Shown here piece after piece: positions 61,652 through 64,000 of a stretch of 64,000 nt of DNA. This stretch comes from a virus. Lineage: Duplodnaviria; Caudoviricetes. The notes beneath the pieces were generated by a model. It saw nothing but the letters and a program-made list of their open reading frames with translations, had not been told where the DNA came from and searched no databases. A program made the position numbers and the translations under genes. Position 1 is the first letter of the stretch; each line of letters starts with the position of its first letter. The DNA is taken from positions 1-64,000 of IMG/VR virus record IMGVR_UViG_3300028549_001137; one strand, given 5' to 3'.

Positions 61652-64000
61652 ATGGCAAAAAAAAGTAAGTCAGTAACTAAAAAAATTAAGGTTTTGATGT
61701 ATTGCGACGCACCAAGTTCAGCTACTGGATTTTCTACAGTGTCACGTAATATATGTGAATCACTATATAAGACTGGTAGATATGAAATAGACGTGTTTGG
61801 TATTAATTATTGGGGAGACCCTCACTCTTTTCCTTGGAGGCAGTGGCCCGCAGGCACTAACCAAGATCGTGATCCGTATGGACGAAAGAAGTTCTTCAAT
61901 ATGGCTCCACAGATGGAGTTTGATATTTTATTTCTTCTTCAAGACACATTTATACTTGAGTTCGTTCCTCAGTTAATTTCACATCTAAAAAGTGAAGGAA
62001 AAACATTTAAATCTATCTGTTATTTTCCAGTGGATGGTACTCCTAAAGAACAGTGGATTAAGAATGTTAATCCTGTGGATTACCTTATAGCATATACTCA
62101 GTTTGGTGCTACCCAAGCAAAACTTGCGTACCCAGATGTTCAAGATATGCGTATTATTCCTCATGGTGCTAATGTTTCAGACTACAGGCCTGTTCCTAAG
62201 GATGAAGTAGATAAGTTCAAAGCGATGTACTTTGGTAAACATGCTGATAAGTTTATTGTAACTAATGTAAATAGAAACCAACAAAGAAAAGATATTCCAA
62301 GAACTATATCCGCATTTAAGGAGTTTAGGAAGTCGGTTCCTAATTCTGTTTTATATCTACACATGGCATCGAAGGATCAGGGATGGGACTTAGAGAAAGT
62401 AGTAGCCTCATGTGGTTTAAATACTATGGATGATGTAATATTCCCAGAAAACTTTGGCCCTAACCAAGGGTATCCTAGGGAGGTAGTCAATCTTATATAT
62501 AACTCCTCCGATTTGGTAGTAAGTACCACCGTGGGTGAGGGATGGGGGTTATGCCTCCATGGGAGTACCAATGTTATGACTACCAATGGAAGCACTAAAA
62601 TTGGGGATGTCTCTGAAGGTGACAAAGTAATCCTCGGGGGTAAGACATATGATGTAAGAGGAGTATGTAACAGTCTTAAAGAAAGATCTTACAAAATTAA
62701 ATTATATAATAATCAAGAACTTATAGTTAGTCCAGAACATAGAATACCAGTGGGAACGGGTGGATATAAGAATGCTTCAGACATAACTATTAATGATAAG
62801 TTGATTATTGATAAGGCAGTTCTTTATAGTGATACTGACTATACTTATGATATGTCAATATTCTCCAATGAGTCTGATGATAAACAAGTATGGAATAAGA
62901 TGGGATTTAGTCCAAAAAATGAAAACTCAATGACTACAATTATGGTACATACGGGAGAGACTAAAAAAATAGTTGAGACTGCTATAAAGGTTTTTCTTGA
63001 TGAAAAAAATAGTAATAGTGAAAGGGTAAATAGTGTAGTTGAATACTTAGATACTATCGATTATAGTAGGCCTTTAGTCAAGATTAATAGATATGTTGAT
63101 TTTACACCAGAGTTTGCTAGATTGTTAGGGTACTACGTGGCGGAAGGTAGTAATGAAAACGGCAAAGGAATAGAATTTTCATTTCATAGAACAGAAGAAA
63201 GTTATCATGCAGATGTAAAGTATCTTATGAATAAGTACTTTGGTGTGGATAGCATTGATAAGTTTATTGATAATAAGTGCGCTATAAGGTATAGGTCCTC
63301 TATACTTTCCATGTTTTTTGGAGGACTGTGTGGAGTTCATTCTCATAATAAGCATATCCCACTACTGTGTCTTCAGCACAGAGATAAAGCCTCTGAGTTT
63401 ATTAAGGGATGTTGGAGGGGTGATGGTCATTTCGGAAATATAGAATTAGGCTATTCTACTTCGTCGGTTAAATTGAAAGAAGAACTTATGTGGTTATTAT
63501 CAGGGTTCAATATATTTTCAAAAGCTATTAGGGATGTAAGGGATAACTATAATATCTACGTTAATGGAGAAGACTACAATATTTTATCTAATTTAATAGG
63601 CCACAATAATGTACATAATACATACAAAGAGAGGAAATACCTAAGAAAAGAAGACGAATGTTTCATTTTAGATATAAAGAGTATAGAAAAATATGATTGT
63701 GCTGATGATATGTTCTATGATTTAAGTATTGACAGTAAAGAGCATTTTGTGGCTAACGGTATTGTTGTACATAATTCCTGGGTAGAGGCGATGGCTACTA
63801 AAACTCCCGTGCTTATGCCTAATAATACAGCCATGACAGAGCATATAACTGAGGATAAAGGTTACCTATCAGATAGTGGAAATTCTCCATCTCTGTATAC
63901 AGTACTTCCTCATGATAACGAGGTGATTAGGCCACTAGTAGATGTAGCGGATATGGCTAAGAAGATGGTACACATACATGATCACTACGATGAGGCTATG
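61652..64000 (+). CDS. GT4 (GT-B) glycosyltransferase containing an intein; 3' truncated by window, absent from the ORF track
   Basis: Translated by hand from ATG 61652 with no stop to the window end: KVLMYCDAPSSATGF, IIPHG, VNRNQQRK, then EGWGL|intein|SWVEAMA..TPVL, which reconstitutes the GT4 EX7E motif. Confidence 0.88.
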   Translation, partial: MAKKSKSVTKKIKVLMYCDAPSSATGFSTVSRNICESLYKTGRYEIDVFGINYWGDPHSFPWRQWPAGTNQDRDPYGRKKFFNMAPQMEFDILFLLQDTFILEFVPQLISHLKSEGKTFKSICYFPVDGTPKEQWIKNVNPVDYLIAYTQFGATQAKLAYPDVQDMRIIPHGANVSDYRPVPKDEVDKFKAMYFGKHADKFIVTNVNRNQQRKDIPRTISAFKEFRKSVPNSVLYLHMASKDQGWDLEKVVASCGLNTMDDVIFPENFGPNQGYPREVVNLIYNSSDLVVSTTVGEGWGLCLHGSTNVMTTNGSTKIGDVSEGDKVILGGKTYDVRGVCNSLKERSYKIKLYNNQELIVSPEHRIPVGTGGYKNASDITINDKLIIDKAVLYSDTDYTYDMSIFSNESDDKQVWNKMGFSPKNENSMTTIMVHTGETKKIVETAIKVFLDEKNSNSERVNSVVEYLDTIDYSRPLVKINRYVDFTPEFARLLGYYVAEGSNENGKGIEFSFHRTEESYHADVKYLMNKYFGVDSIDKFIDNKCAIRYRSSILSMFFGGLCGVHSHNKHIPLLCLQHRDKASEFIKGCWRGDGHFGNIELGYSTSSVKLKEELMWLLSGFNIFSKAIRDVRDNYNIYVNGEDYNILSNLIGHNNVHNTYKERKYLRKEDECFILDIKSIEKYDCADDMFYDLSIDSKEHFVANGIVVHNSWVEAMATKTPVLMPNNTAMTEHITEDKGYLSDSGNSPSLYTVLPHDNEVIRPLVDVADMAKKMVHIHDHYDEAM
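62552..63775 (+). mobile_element. Intein with LAGLIDADG homing endonuclease (408 aa)
   Basis: Starts CLHGST; block B SPEH; endonuclease motifs LLGYYVAEG and FIKGCWRGDG; block F FYDLSI; ends FVANGIVVHN with +1 Ser. Confidence 0.95.

Noticed and set aside
1820-62625. Other short minus-strand and nested ORFs in the track
   Set aside because: All lie within longer + strand genes that have SD sites and coherent motifs; no independent support.

Overview
A 64-kb, low-GC segment coded almost entirely on the + strand. It is best read as part of a large (jumbo-type) tailed bacteriophage genome; no tRNA, rRNA or CRISPR array was found. Bases 1 to about 50,680 form a virion module: the C-terminal end of a probable tape-measure gene with a 7/9-residue repeat array, baseplate-hub-like genes, three tandem Big_1-type Ig paralogues, a six-bladed 40-aa-repeat propeller, two giant proteins (1823 and about 3560 aa), and several fibre/receptor-binding proteins with LamG, SPRY, discoidin-like and CBM/FBA-like modules. 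An AT-rich, palindrome-rich switch region (50.68-50.84 kb) leads into a bacterial-type replication/recombination module: beta clamp, RecA, Vsr-like nuclease, free-standing HNH, UvsY-like protein, DnaB, DnaG, SSB, RuvC and a PD-(D/E)XK nuclease. The window ends in a GT4 glycosyltransferase missing from the ORF track (it runs off the window), split at its catalytic motif by a 408-aa LAGLIDADG intein. The most unusual item is a coupled gene pair in the tail cluster (8537-9596) with the fold of a two-subunit ThDP decarboxylase (ComD/ComE, phosphonopyruvate-decarboxylase type) but eroded cofactor motifs. Together with Ser-Gly-rich virion tracts and the intein-split GT, this may point to a virion glyco-decoration system or an enzyme repurposed for structure. 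All domain calls come from reading motifs by eye; no searches were run.
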